DNA from: Octopus sinensis | Taxonomy: Eukaryota | Assembly (NCBI RefSeq): GCF_006345805.1 | Contig: NC_042997.1 | Location: 55,924,001 to 55,988,000, forward strand | Length of the DNA: 64,000 nucleotides | Direction: 5' to 3' | Shown: positions 1 through 13,692 of the stretch, piece by piece | Numbering within the stretch: the first letter of the stretch is position 1 | Layout of the letters: each line of letters begins with the position of its first letter | Made by a program: the position numbers and the translations under genes | The notes under the pieces: model-generated | The model's database searches: none | Told to the model about the DNA's origin: nothing | Seen by the model: only the letters and a program-made list of their open reading frames with translations

Positions 1-60
1 TTATTTTATCGAACCCCGAAAGGATTAAATGCAAGGTCGACCTCGGGGGAATTTGAACTC
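1..60 (-). mobile_element. tRNA-derived SINE family A, partial
   Basis: Reverse complement of the GAGTTCAAATTCC-CCGAGGTCGAC...CTTTCGGGG-TCGATAAAATAA block seen in full copies at 21532 and 33293. Confidence 0.85.
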
Positions 61-271
61 CCTGCACAAATAATTTGTTTATAGTAACCAAATGTATTTC
101 CTGTGCAGTAACTCCCTCTCTCCATCAAACCGACGTTACACAAACAAGTGCGCAGTGTCAAGTGTCGAAGTGATCGCAGAGCCACGTGAGATGACGTGTT
201 CTGCTCAAGAACCAAACGCACCGGGATTTGAAACCACGACCTTGCGATCGTGAGTGTAACGCCCAAACCAC
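61..271 (-). mobile_element. tRNA-derived SINE with A/B-box head
   Basis: Minus strand reads GCATGGCCTAGTGGTTTGGGCGTTACACTCACGATCGCAAGGTCGTGGTTTCAAATCCCGG (Pol III A and B boxes), then a non-tRNA body. Confidence 0.7.
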
Positions 272-3200
272 TAGGCCATGCATCTTTGTAGAACTTTTGG
301 TATCTATATCCGACCCAAAGTCTGAATTCACTGAAACGCATTGAGTAAGAATAGTCAGAAGAAGAAAAGTAAGAGTTGATTTCATTACAAATTATTTAAA
401 CTAATCAGATTTACTATTGGGCTTTAATGGAAAAAATTAACCAAACAAATATTTCGCTTGATTTTGTGGTTTTTTATTTATTTATTTATTTATAGTAAAA
501 TTAGTATTCATAACTTATTAGATTCTATCATTAATGCTACCTGACCAATAATTTGATCTCATCCACATGGCAACACTATAACACAAGAAATATTGACACT
601 ATTAGTTAGTAATTTTAACTATTTAAGCAACCGCAAATTCCAATCTAATAAACAGCCTAAGACTTTTAATTAACTGATGTTTTCAATTAATCTTAAATAC
701 ATTGCTTTAAGGACAAAGTGTCACCTTTTGGGATAATAACTAATCATGTTGGGGCATAACTAGATATTCTGGGTAAGATTCTACAAAAGGCTAAAACAAA
801 CTATTTTTTTACTTCAGATGACGTCATCTCTGCAATATAATCTTGATACAGTATTCCTAAAATGCGTTAAAGGATGTTAAAATCAATTATATTTCAAAGA
901 TTGAGAACCACCCTGGGGCATACAAATATAACCTAAACTCACCGCCATTAAAAATATATTTATTTATCTCTTTATTTTACTGTTTCTACCTTCGAGGTAA
1001 CGATTCGTGTATTTTCTGAAAGCTGCCTTTATCTTTGGGGATTCGCAATTTTTCGCTATTTTAGTTTAATTTATTCCCGTATTCTCACATATTTGTAATT
1101 TTCACAGTCCAATTTCTGCACACAGAATACTACTATATTTTTTAAAGCTGTTTGTAAAAAAAAATGCTTGACATTAACTACAAATGTGTTCATCTTATAC
1201 TTCTAGTTACTCAGCTTTTGCTCTTGTCGTTGTTGCTGTTGCAGTTTTAGTGCTTTTTGTCAAAATTTAGTTTATGGCAGTTGTTGTATGCTTTCATGAA
1301 TAATAATGATACCTTTGTTTTAATAATTTTCCTCTTAATGGTACCAGTCCTTATTAGGAAACTAAAATTTACAGGAACGTTGATGGTGTTGGAGAATTTT
1401 TCATAAGGATTTCGATTAGTTTAACAAGCGGTGACAACGTAAGATGTCAACAATCAATGGCAAGTTATAATTCCATACAACAAAAACCATTAAATCTTGA
1501 CAATCGATGGCAAGATGTCACGAACCAATGACAAGGTGCTATTAAATGGTGAGTAGATGTCGTATAAACAGCTATCATAATTTCAGATCATTAGCGGTTA
1601 AAAGATATCACCAATATTCTGTATAGCCACAAGTAAATCATAATTCAAATTTACCAGTCTATAATTAAACTTTGTTATTTCGTCCTTTTTAAATTGTTTA
1701 TATTTTAACTTTAACTTACTAATTTGCAAACATTTTTTCTACCCTTGGATTTCAATAAATCTTGCTATTAATGTATTTTTTAAACTTCCACTCTTTCTCT
1801 CGGTTCTTGACCCTAAAGCAATCACTTCCAATGTTTGAAATACTAAACTCTTGTGGGATATCGTAAAACACATAAATTTAGCTACAGATTGCATGAAAAA
1901 GGAAATTAAAGATAAAGTATATCTGCCAAATCAACTCTATAATTATTGAATCTGAATTGGACATTTTCGATTTGATACACATAAAATCCTATAACAAGAT
2001 AAGAATTCGTTTTTTTTCCGAGCAATGAGTATCGAATAAATGGAGGCACCCAAAGGATTTTCGATCTTAAACTCGCATCCAAATGAAACCCTAAGAGATA
2101 CTGACATAATAGAGAGAAAAAGAGAGAACAAAATTAATTGAAAACGAAGAAAATATATAAATACCATTGAGTTCTCAGCGGTGAAAATAAGGTCTTGTGC
2201 GTTGTGTGAAATATGCTTTACTTAGAATTGTCAAAAAAGCAAAAACATAATCGTATGAAAAAGCAACTATTCTTATTTACTGAGCAGATAACAAAATAAA
2301 GGATGGGCGGTATAAACGACCCTTTTTATATGCATCATACGTTAAAATTTATGTTGCATATCACTAAATCCTTTACAATTATCCTAAGATATCCACCGAT
2401 TATATTATGTGCGCCTACACTTTGCAAATATAAATAGATCGAGCTACAGTAAAAAGCATTTGGAGAATTTAGTTTAAATTAGTTCAACTAACACTGTTGG
2501 TATATGATGAGTTTGGAAATATCAAGTAATCAGTGAAGGAACATGGAAACATAAATATTAGAAAATAGATATGTATTGAGAGATGGTGGTAAGAGTTAGA
2601 AGATAAAACGCAGGGAGAGAGATGGGGAGAAAAGAAAGATATGATGGTTAAAATATGGGAAGATAGGGGTTGGATGCACTGAATTGTATATTACTTTATA
2701 CCCGTTTGCCTGTCTATATTACTATTAATTGAACAGCGCTAATAATTTTTAATTAGAATATATCCTTAACATTGAAAATTTCAGTTTTCAGGTTCAAATT
2801 CTTTAAAGTTCCTAAGATAAAAAGAAATATTTCAAAGCTGGAGTAAATGTGTACACTTATATATAAAAGCATATCACATTTTCAAGGTGTTGTACATAAT
2901 TCTTAACTAGAAGTTCTGCTTAAATCTCTGTCTGTAAATATGCATGTTTGAATATGTATATACATTATTCTACACAAACTATGTAGATACATTAAAATGT
3001 TAACTACATCAAAACTGAACAAAATTCAGTATGATCGAACTCGTGATGCCTAAGTTATCAGACCCACATTTTTCAAGAAAGAATAAATATGCATTGTCAT
3101 TCATAAATGATAAATAGGCATTGTCATTCAGAAATAATTACTATATTTGTTTTATAGCAGATTCTTAGAGTGTGTTATTTATCATATTACTACATGTCAT

Positions 3201-4022
3201 GTATCAATGTTATTTTAAAACTTATCTTGCTCGCAATAATTATATATTGCATTATAATACTACTAATACTATCAAACATTCGTGTAATTATGTCATCCAC
3301 AGCAAAATCAAAATTGTCTGCGTCGTGCACACACCAGTTCTAAATCGATGACAATACAGCTGCAGTCAGTTGGAACATAATTCAGGCATTTGCTAATGAT
3401 ACAGCTAACATCAAAACGTTCATTACCCAGATAGCGCTCAGTTGACACAAACATCTAACATCTTGTGCTTGACCACAAACACTTGCCGATGGCGATGAGC
3501 ATGTTTCATATATCTCTTAAACTGAGACAGAACTGGTGCGGGGGTGGGGTAGGATGTTTGATATTAATTTCGCAAAGTGTTTTCAGCATCAAATGTAATT
3601 ACTACCAAATGAAAAAGAAAACAAGGGAGTCTCTGAACGATAGCCTAACCTGCTAGAAATAGCAACCAAATTATTCTTCCATCACACCCTATTGTTTTGA
3701 AAAGGGAATGACACATTGAATAATATAGCCCTACATACAATAAAGGAGGGGTTGGTTCCGGCTGAAACGCCTTTGATCGTAGACCTGACTGGAGAATACA
3801 CAACTGCAAGAATAGCTTCACACTGAAGAATTTAGCAAACTAAATAAATGAGAACAAAACAGAGAAAAATATGGTTGTTGCTCCTTAATCATAGCATGGC
3901 ATATTTTTATAACTATCTGAGATTTGTATGAAAAATTCTTCACGACAGTTCCAACAAGGAAACCAGATTCGGTTGCGTCTTCTCTATCACCCTTAAACAG
4001 ATAGACTTATAAACTAATTCGT

Positions 4023-4026
<4 letters not shown>

Positions 4027-4091
<65 letters not shown>

Positions 4092-4100
4092 TCTCTCTCT
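4027..4100. repeat. (CT)n microsatellite
   Basis: Direct reading. Confidence 0.95.
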
Positions 4101-4139
4101 TTCTTCCTCTCTTTGTCTATATATATGTATATTTTCCCC

Positions 4140-5010
4140 TTAGGGACTCACAAGTAGTCCCCTGCTCATGAGAAATGTTGCTGCTCTAATAAAGTTTTCA
4201 ATAAGTTTTCCGCCTGTAGTCTTCCTCCGTCTCTCATTCCTTAAATCCAAAATTTCCTGTAACACACCAGGATTGCAGTGTGCGGAAATGAGGTTCTCTA
4301 TGAACCATAGTTTTTAACTTCTAGTATTTCCCAAGTTGCCATTCTTGCTTTCATACATTAACGTCCTACTTGTAGTTAGTTCTATGAACTCCCATTGCAA
4401 TGTATATGATACCATTCTTCACTCCGCATTCTTTCTCACATAAGCGTAATCCATACTTAACATAAACAACTGATGTCACATGTTAATTATCTTCATAAAC
4501 AAAGACCTTGAAAATATTTTTCAATTCAAATATAGAAACTTACTTCTTTTGATAAAACAGCGACATAATCGGAACACTTATCGAGGAGTTATTCTGAGAT
4601 TCTCTCTCCCTAGTAGGGAACAACACAGTATAAACTCTCAATCAAAGTTATTACAAATGCTTGGACATTCTCAGATCTCTGGTCGGACCAACATTTGAGT
4701 ACAGCTTACATATATGTGGGTCGGTGTCCTTGTTACATACATATGCATCCTAAACCATATTCAAAATCCTTACCTTCAGTTCTCTAATACTTTGCTCATT
4801 AGTTCTCAGGAGCCGCTTTCATTTCTTTATGTCTCTTCTACCAGTTTAATAATGTTCCTTGTTCTCTGAATATCCTCTGGCATGCCATTCCTGCTGTAAC
4901 TAGCTTCCAAGTTCATTAAACTATCCCTTTCTCCACAGAACTGCAACTCAAGAATTCCATCACCACCCACGTTTTTTTCCCTGCAACAATCTATCTACTG
5001 ATGTTCGATC
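4140..5010 (-). pseudogene. Heavily decayed non-LTR retrotransposon ORF2 3' fragment, possibly L1/Tx1-like
   Basis: Minus-strand GGDGILEL resembles the GGLGIPDL thumb motif; Cys-containing segment further on; many stops and frameshifts. Confidence 0.35.
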
Positions 5011-5609
5011 ACAAAGGCCATAGACACTATAACCCTTCGTTTAACTAATTAATGAAAGAAGAATAGGAAATGAACTAGCTACAATAACGTAGCTAAACAT
5101 GTATTTAAACGTGTATCATCTATGCTGTGAGCGAATACTACGATTTGAGATTATAATCTCATTATACTCATAAATATTTGTTTCTTTTGACAACATATCA
5201 AATCTTTATATGTTAGTGCCATACTACTGATGATTAGTCAAAGGTCAACTCTTATCAGGAAACCCACCTGCTGAACAACTAGGTTCTATCAATAATCTTT
5301 CATTTGATCATTTAATTTTTACCCATAAAGATGCGCGCGCGCATGCCCGTATGCATGACAATCCTGTCCTTTTCAAGGGCTGAGTGCATGCAGGTCTATG
5401 TTATCTAATTTGCCATTGTTTTTGTAAGACGGTACCGTGGGATTTGAGGAAGACTTGGTAGCTATTTCTAGCAGATTGAGTAACAACATCATGTCTTCCT
5501 CTTTACATCGACTTCTCCATCTCTATCTCTAGGGAATTACGTTGGAAGAGAAGCAGAAAAAACATACGAAATTTGTTATAAGGATGACTGTTATAGAAAC
5601 AGAAAATTA

Positions 5610-5900
5610 TAGAGAAGTAGATGAAGAATCGCTTGTTAGAGTCAACAATTTACACAGGCGAAGAGAGAAGATTAATCCCTGTTCACGGCGCAAACGGGAG
5701 TCAGGATGACCTCTGTGCAAGGACAATCCGAAGACGGACAGGTATTGCAAAGAGTGACCGGTAGAGCGGAAATGGCATGTGACCGGGGTGTCATTACCGA
5801 GGCAGATGTCTCGGAGGTGTTCCGCGAACCGGTCAGCCAAGCGGCGTCCCGTTTGTCCGATGTACAGAGAAAGGCAGAGAGAGCAGGAGATGCAAAAGAT
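5610..5900 (-). mobile_element. Penelope-like element GIY-YIG endonuclease fragment
   Basis: CLSLYIGQTGRRLADRFAEHLRDI...HFRSTGH...RLRREQGLIFSL: YIG motif plus catalytic R and E. Confidence 0.9.
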
Positions 5901-5937
5901 GTTATTGGTAGAGGTACAGGTAAAGGAGTATATATAT

Positions 5938-5971
<34 letters not shown>

Positions 5972-5979
5972 CATATATA

Positions 5980-6293
5980 TATAATCAAAATAAGCAACAA
6001 GGATATCCAAGGTAGAGTAGTACAATTGTTTAATGCTACTTCATTTTATTAAACACTGTAAGTATTACATCAGTTTTAAAATGTCGAGCAATTTTCAGCC
6101 ACTCATAGAATTTTCCAAATGAAATAGGGATAAGAATGTGCATTGTCCGTTTAATTGGAAAATTCTATAAGTGGCTGAAGATTGCTCGACATTTTAAAAC
6201 TGATGTAATACTTACAGTGTTTAATAAAACGAGGTAGCGTGAAACAATTGTACTACTCTACCTTGGATATCCTTGTTGCTTATTTTGATTATA
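5980..6293. repeat. Long inverted repeat, ~139-bp arms and ~36-bp loop; probable inverted PLE terminal repeat
   Basis: 5980-6118 is the reverse complement of 6155-6293 with about 6 mismatches. Confidence 0.92.
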
Positions 6294-6410
6294 ATCACCC
6301 CATTTGATTTATATGGATAATACCATACAAAATTCTGATGCCTTTAACTTAAGTACCATATTCATCTGAATCTAAATTTTGCTGAGCTTATATATATATA
6401 TATATATATG

Positions 6411-7090
6411 GGTGATGATGGTGAAGGCTTCTTTGTTTCTGGGGTTGTATGTGGATATGTAAGGTAGTATTTTCGGGGAAGGTGTGTTGTTGTGTTGAAC
6501 TTTTCTTAAAGTTTCTATGTTGATTTCTGTTACACGCCTGATCCCATCCTCTATGAGTTGAGCTGGGTAATGTCTGTCAATTAGGGTGTTTTTGAGTTCT
6601 TGCAGTCTAAAGTTCCTGGTATTTTGTTCTGACACTATTGTGCATATCCTTCTTGCAAGGTTGAAGGGGATGTTTGTTTTAGTGTGTCTTGGGTGGCATG
6701 AATTAAAAAGAAGGTATTGTTTGGCGTCTGTGGCTTTGTAAAAGATGTCTGTTTCTATTTTAAGGTTAATTTTTTTAATTAGTATATCCAAGAATGGGAG
6801 CTCCTTTTGGTTGTATTCCATTGTGAACTGTATATTTGGGTTTATGCTGTTCAACAGGTTTTTAAATTTTAGGAGTTTATCTGTGTTTTCATTCCAGAGT
6901 ATAAAACAATCATCCAGGAATCGTTTCCAAATCTCTTTTATGTATTGAGAGAGGTGGTTTCCAAAGATTGATAAAGATTCCTGGTAAAGGATTATTTCCA
7001 GGTAGCCCATTGTTAGGTTCGCAATGACTGGTGCTGCCCTTGTACCCATAGCAATTCCGGATTTTTTGAAGTGGTTATTATTCAACCACG
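6411..7090 (-). mobile_element. Penelope-like reverse transcriptase C-terminal fragment, ~225 codons open
   Basis: GIAMGTRAAPVIANL...WKRFLDDCF...FTMEYNQKELPFLDILI...YKATDAKQYLLFNSCHP: PLE RT motifs; both ends lost in (TA)n/(CT)n tracts. Confidence 0.95.
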
Positions 7091-7107
7091 TCCTTTCACA
7101 AACCAAC

Positions 7108-7425
<318 letters not shown>

Positions 7426-8429
7426 CATAACGGACTGCTATAGTAGAAGCCATTTGCTCAAACTGTCGCATCGTGATATCGAGCCCAATATAATATGGCT
7501 AAGGAGCTACTTCTTACTTCTTACGCTAATATTTACCCTTCAACTTAAGGATTACTTTTTAATTAATTATATATTATAAATAGCCAATTAATTTTCTAAA
7601 ATTCTTTGCAAGATTAAATCTTGATATTTAATATAGCTGTAAATTGTAAATTAGTTCGGGTTTTTAAAATGTGACGGGAAGAATAATAATTTACATTCAA
7701 AAAACAAGCAAAATTATATAATTTGATTAATTAATACACCAAAAAAATCTATAAATATCCTGCTGAAAATATCGGTATTTATCTGTTCACCAAATTTCAT
7801 CAAGTTAGATTATTACTTAGGTGACTGCTGAGGAAAGCTTCTCGATGGCAGCGCAACAGCACAACCACAAGCCACAAGCTAAGAACGACAAATGAGTAAA
7901 AAGTAAAAGAGAAAAAATAAAAACAGAAAAGAAATGGTTAAATTAGGCAACAAGCTGAAGACAATACTCAATCAATGAGAAAGATATTCATTGTAATGAG
8001 AAGTAGTTATTCATTGTAATGAGAAAATTATTGTCAAAAGAAGCAAGGGGGAAAGCTTCTGATATTTTAACTGAGCATATAAATAGAGTAGGTAAAAGGA
8101 TTTTGATCCTTGACTGCCATGATGACAACTATAGACCAGTTTCGGTCTTATTAGGCCTTGTTGGAGCTCCTCGGCGAGGCAAACAACGCTGACAGCTGCT
8201 AAGACGTCAGAACTTCCTATAGGTATAGTATTTTGTGCCACAATAGTTCACTGATTAAACAATTAAAAAAATACACGCACTGGAATTTGGCTCAGTGGAG
8301 CTTTCTGGTTAAGGAAAGTACAGTTAAGTGCAGGCTATCATATTTAAGATGGCAAGCTGAAAAGTCTAATTACACCGAAACATATCCTGCCAGACCTCGA
8401 GATTGCAAAGTGAACTTTCATTTTCCTGT

Positions 8430-8640
8430 GTGACCGCGTGTGTACCGTTGGCGATTTTTTTTTCCTCCGTCTTCCCTTCTTTGGATCTTCCCTTTTCCTA
8501 TGTTTCTGACGAAGAGCTCCGCTCGAAACGTTAAACCCTCCTTCATTCCTTCTTTCCTGAGCGTCCAATAATACTATACTTGTTCCACGTCCTCGCGTTG
8601 TTGCGTTTTCTCTTTGTGTTTTCCTGTTTGGATTAATTAT
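8430..8640 (+). mobile_element. PLE 3' terminal repeat fragment, family 1
   Basis: Same sequence in reverse at 47140-47360; carries an HHR; ends in (TA)n. Confidence 0.75.
8502..8536 (+). ncRNA. Minimal type I hammerhead ribozyme motif
   Basis: GUUU-CUGACGA-A-GAGC(UCC)GCUC-GAA-ACGU-U/AAAC: helix I GUUU:AAAC, helix II GAGC:GCUC, palindromic ACGU helix III, GUU cleavage triplet. Confidence 0.8.
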
Positions 8641-8645
8641 ATATA

Positions 8646-8681
<36 letters not shown>

Positions 8682-8946
8682 TGTATGTATGTATGTATGT
8701 ATGTATGTATGTATACCCACACATATATATACGTATATATATATGTGTGTGTGTGTATGTATGTATGTATGTATGTATGTATGTATGTATGTATGTATGT
8801 ATGTATGTATGTATGTATGTATACCCACACATATATATACGTATATATATGTGTGTGTGTATGTATGTATGTGTATGTATGTATGTATGTATGTATGTAT
8901 GTATGTATGTATGTATGTATGTATGTATGTATGTATGTATGTATGC
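8640..8946. repeat. Compound (TATG)n/(TG)n microsatellite with internal duplication
   Basis: GTATACCCACACATATATATACG block occurs twice. Confidence 0.9.
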
Positions 8947-9758
8947 ATGTAATTCTGCGCTAGGAAATTTAATGTAATGAACTGAAAAGAATTTTTTTTT
9001 TACTTTTCATTATCAAATGAAAAAATACCAATAAAGAAAAGAAATCACATTAGCTTTTTTGAAAATTCATCTTAAAAGGAACGAGGCTAAAAAGTCAAAA
9101 ATTTGAATTGATTAAAATAAAGATCTAATCTATGGTAACAAGTTCAAACATGTTTCGGTCTTATTACACATCCTTAGCTAAGCATAGCTAGCACATAGCT
9201 GCAAAACCACAGAGTGACTTGAATAATAATATATGTTTTAGTATGAAAATAATTCACTAATTAGGTAATTTAAAATAATGATATTGGAAGATTTCCCAAA
9301 AGTGCCTTTTACATATACGCACACTTTAATTCTGTTTATGCTTTTATGGCAAAAGATGAAACTTGATATTACTGTGTATGTAGAGGGGATGTTTGTCCAT
9401 GCGTCTCAATTACATGACATATGCGTGAACTCTGTTCAGATATTATTATATGGTCTTTCTCTGACTATTAGCAACGTAAGTAAGGTGAAGTGACCAGAAA
9501 CAAGAACAGAAATCAATGACTAACTCGGTGATATACATACATGCATATATAGATATGTAAGCATACTGATACATACATGTATACATATGTACATACATAT
9601 ATGCATATATACTTATATAAATAGTGGCTCTCGATTCTGTATCGTGCCCTGAGTAATCATCTTTTGAGTTCCATTCCTTTTTTCTCTTTAGAGGTGTAAC
9701 ACCTCTCTGTCACACCTATTCCTCATGAAGGCATCCTTTTTTTTATTTTTTCTTCTCT

Positions 9759-9959
9759 AGGCACAAGGCCCGAAATTTTGGAGAAGGGGGAAAGTCGATT
9801 GGATCGACCCCAGTACGCAACTGGTGCTTAATTTATCGACCCCGAAAGGATGAAAGGCAAAGTCGACCTCAACGGAATTTGAACTCAGAACGTAAAGTCA
9901 GACGAAATACAGCTAAGCATTTCGCCCGGTGTGCTAAAGTTTCTACCAGCTCGCCGCCT
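9759..9959 (-). mobile_element. SINE family A
   Basis: Head GGCGGCGAGCTGGTAGAAAC-TTAGCAC...GAGTTCAAATTCC on the minus strand. Confidence 0.9.
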
Positions 9960-10512
9960 ATTGCCTGTGTTTTATTACATACACAAAGTCCCAAAATAAG
10001 ATAAATAAATAATAACAATTTAATAAAAGAAAAAGGTAATACTGCTCATCAAAAATATATTTGCGCTACAACACATATTGAACTTCCTTTGCTTACTTCA
10101 TAAAAAGAAAATTTACAGTTATAGATCTTACACTTTTGACGATCTGGTATTCATTCCAATAACTGAGTGAAGAGAGGTGCGTAGAGTTAAATATACTTCT
10201 CAATACACAATATGCATTGATGTGTGTCTATGTAGCGAGGGAAGTGCGTATTGTGTTGAAAACACAACTATCTATTTTTTTTATCAAGAGTTTTTCTCCT
10301 TTCTTTCATACTTTTGCATTAGTTCCATGCAGAAAATGAGACAATGAAATCTAAAAATGTTATTGATATATTTGGGAACATTCCAAGCAAACTGCTAGTA
10401 ACTCATACAGAAGCTATAAAAATATTTCATGAAAAAGATAAAACTAGAACACGGTCGTGATTTTAATACATGTTCAAAATAAGTTATTCTCTCTCTCCCT
10501 CTTCCCCCCCAC

Positions 10513-10545
<33 letters not shown>

Positions 10546-10557
10546 GATATATATATA

Positions 10558-11802
10558 TCAGGTCATCCCATAAGTTCTATCCAATTTTACCTTTTTTACA
10601 ATTGAATGAAATTTAATAGTATTTTAGAAGGTCGAATGGAAATAAGAATTGTTTTTATGCATTTGTATACATTTAAACTAATTAAATATTATTTTACAGA
10701 ATAATAGAATTAAAATTTCTTTGATTAAAACCCTTTCTAACATGGAAGTATCCAAAGAGCATTTAAGACACATAATACTTTATGAGTACAAAAATGGAAA
10801 CTCTGCAGCCAAAGCGACTCGAAACATACACTCAGTTTATGGGAAAGAATGCTTGAATGGAAAAATTTTCAGATGGTTTGCAAAATTCAGAAGTGGAAAT
10901 TTCAGCCTTGAAGATGAAGATCGAACAGGACGTCCAGTTGAGTTTGATAATAAGCTCCTTGAGACATTACTTGAAGAAAATCCTGCATTGTCAGTTGAAG
11001 AATTGGCAATAAAGCTTAGTTCAAACCATGCAACTGTTCGTCGTCATCTTCAACAACTTGAGAAGGTTCCTAAACTTGGAAAATGGGTGCCTCATGAATT
11101 GTCCAAAAGCAACCGCAAATCCCAATTTGACAAATGCTCTTCTCTCCATTCTCGCGAACTCATTTCACCCTTTTTGGATAGACTTGTGACGTCGTAAACA
11201 GTGACTTGGCAAAGGAGAAAAAGCTCAACCACAACCGAGAAGGGAACTTCATGGGGAAAAGGTTCTTCTCTCTATCTGGTGGGATTGCAAAGGAGTAATT
11301 CCCTTTGAATTGTTACCACCTAATGCAACAATCAATGCTCAAGTCTACGGTCAGCAATTAGAGCGTTTGAATCAAGCTTTGAAGAAAAAAAAAAGACCCA
11401 CTTAAATGAATCGAAAAGGATTGATGTTTTATCAAGACAATGCACGATCCCACACTGCAAAGATCACATCACAGAAGATCGAAGCGGTTGGTTGGGGAAA
11501 AACCTCATCCACCTTATTCTCCCGACCTTGCTCCTTCAGACTACCATTTGTTTCGTAGTTTATAGAATCATTTGGGGGACACTTTTGCAAGCCAGGAGGA
11601 GATCGAAACTGACATTTCAGAGTTCTTCGCTTTGAAACCAAAAGAGTTTTACATTGATGGGATTTAAAAGCTTGTAAATAGATGGAAAGAAGTCATAGAT
11701 AATCAGGGAAAGTACATTGATGATTAAATTTCAATTAAATATAACATTTGATCACTTGTTTTCTTTATTCAAAATTTGGACAGAACTTTTGGGATGACCT
11801 GA
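10558..11802 (+). mobile_element. Mariner (D,D34D) DNA transposon, ~1.25 kb, both TIRs, inactive
   Basis: TIR TCAGGTCATCCCATAAGTTCT... mirrored by ...AGAACTTTTGGGATGACCTGA; TA flanks; transposase motifs WVPHEL, IWWDCKG, QDNAR, SPDLAPSDYHLF. Confidence 0.95.
10742..11727 (+). pseudogene. Mariner transposase pseudogene
   Basis: MEVSKEHLRHIILYEYK...GKWVPHEL...FLDRLVT, then deletion, stops and frameshifts. Confidence 0.9.
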
Positions 11803-12051
11803 TATCATAAGTATAATATAACACGAGGATGGAGGATATGAGGTTTTAATAATAGACCCCAACATTTGTTTCAGTTTTAAGTTGATGATTTTATATTCAT
11901 GTACCATTATACAAGATTATTCTTTATTTTTCGGCAACAGTAGGGTGTGGGCGCTTCATCGGGTTGCATACGATTAAGTCCTTGGTAGCCAAATAACAGC
12001 ATAGGTGTACTTAAATACGCGCACGCACACACATACACAAACACACACACA

Positions 12052-12172
<121 letters not shown>

Positions 12173-12239
12173 GAGGGAGAGAGGTGTCACACTATTTCTA
12201 CCCTTTTTTATAGGCAGATGAATCAAAGGCCTATATTCT

Positions 12240-12494
12240 AGACCTTCTCAACCGGGGTTTATATGGCCCTTGAGGACCCATATAAGATTTTAAAATGTTT
12301 TAAAAATTTATCTGCAATAAATTAGTTCAACTTCTACAATATACAAAATATTTTAATAATTTTTACATACAATTCCTAATAATATCTAATTATTAAAATA
12401 TATGATTTTTTTTTATCATTGAATGGCGAGGTGGGCCCATTCGAATAAATAGAAATCAAAGGTGTCCGTAGCTAAAAAATGGTTGAGAAACATC
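12240..12494 (+). mobile_element. hAT-type MITE
   Basis: TIR core TTCTCAACC/GGTTGAGAA; 8-bp TSD TATATTCT (12232-39) vs TATACTCT (12495-502). Confidence 0.7.
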
Positions 12495-12730
12495 TATACT
12501 CTAGAATCTAGATGATTTGAATCGAGAATCGAAACCGATATGTTTTCTTGGTTCTCGAGAGTTTATATCTTCCCTATCTGCATTTGCTGCACACTTTAAT
12601 ATTGAAATATATATAATCTCACTTTACAAACGTAGACTTATATGCACATAGACAATGTCGAGGACGAGGGCAGCGAGGAAGATGATCCTCTTGTTGCTGA
12701 CTTTGATGCAAGCACTGCTGTAGCTGCATA

Positions 12731-12822
12731 TGGTGGTGGTGGTGGTGATGATGATGATGATGATGATGATGGTGATGATGGTGGTGGTGGTGGTGGTGGT
12801 GGTGGTGGTGGTGGTGGTGATG
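12731..12822. repeat. (GGT)n/(GAT)n trinucleotide repeat
   Basis: Direct reading. Confidence 0.9.
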
Positions 12823-13692
12823 GGGATTTTGGAGGCGTTGCATATGATAAGAATGGTTATGATGACGTTAGCATGTCTTGCTACTTGACTTAGAATTATA
12901 AATATGATTAATTTGGATGTATATCAGTTACAGATTGTGTTCTTCTTTCTTGCTTGTTTTGTTGGTGCCACACCGTAATAATGATATCAGAGCAGATAAG
13001 ATATCACCATTAATAGTAAAATACTCTTCATTTTTTTTTTCTTTTCTGTTTTCTTCTTCCTATTTTATTTTATTTTTTCTGTTCCCCGGGGGAGATTGTG
13101 ATTGCTGAACAGTGTCAGTTCACTTGAAATCTCTCGAGGCTATTCACCTATCTTTACCACTTCGATAAGATTCATGACCTGGTAAATTATCTGAAATAAA
13201 ACATTCCGACTTTTAACTACAGGAGGAGCCGTTCACAGTAAAAGCAGCGAAATTCAATATTTAAACGACAGCATTGTCAGGTAACTGGAAACCATCGACA
13301 TTCATATCATGGTTTCAGGAGAACATATGATGCGTTTATGGCAACTGTTTTTCAAATAGCTTACTTCTGCCCAACCTAGTGCACTTTCAATGACTCTTGA
13401 CCTTCCAGTGGATATCAGCGTCTGAATTTCAGCACCCGGGACATTACGCCCGACATATTGGCTATGCTTTTTCTTTATTCTTTTCGACTTTGGAGTTTTA
13501 ATTTAGTTTATGAATGAAGAAATAAATAAAAATTTCCGCAAGGCAGTCTTTGTGAATTTGGTAGTCATCTGGAGAGAGTAAATAATATTAGCGGTCGGCG
13601 AAATAGTTGTTTCGTTTACTGAAATATTGGAAGAATTAAGAAGACGATGGGTGGGAAGAAATGGCAACGAAGGTGGTAGGGACAGTAGCGTA

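Noticed and set aside
8129-8168. Hammerhead half TAATAAGACC-GAAAC-TG-GTC on the minus strand, with a similar one at 9142-9180
   Set aside because: No CUGANGA-like core or helix I remains; possibly decayed relics, not supportable as ribozymes
11935-11975. CCGAUGA...GAAA motif on the minus strand
   Set aside because: No helix II or III and no NUH triplet
12619-12893. Poly-His / poly-Gly-Asp protein ORFs
   Set aside because: GGT/GAT trinucleotide repeat; upstream in-frame stops and no splice support
13350-13500. Open minus-strand frame ending at a GTAAGC donor
   Set aside because: No plausible acceptor or start; upstream stop
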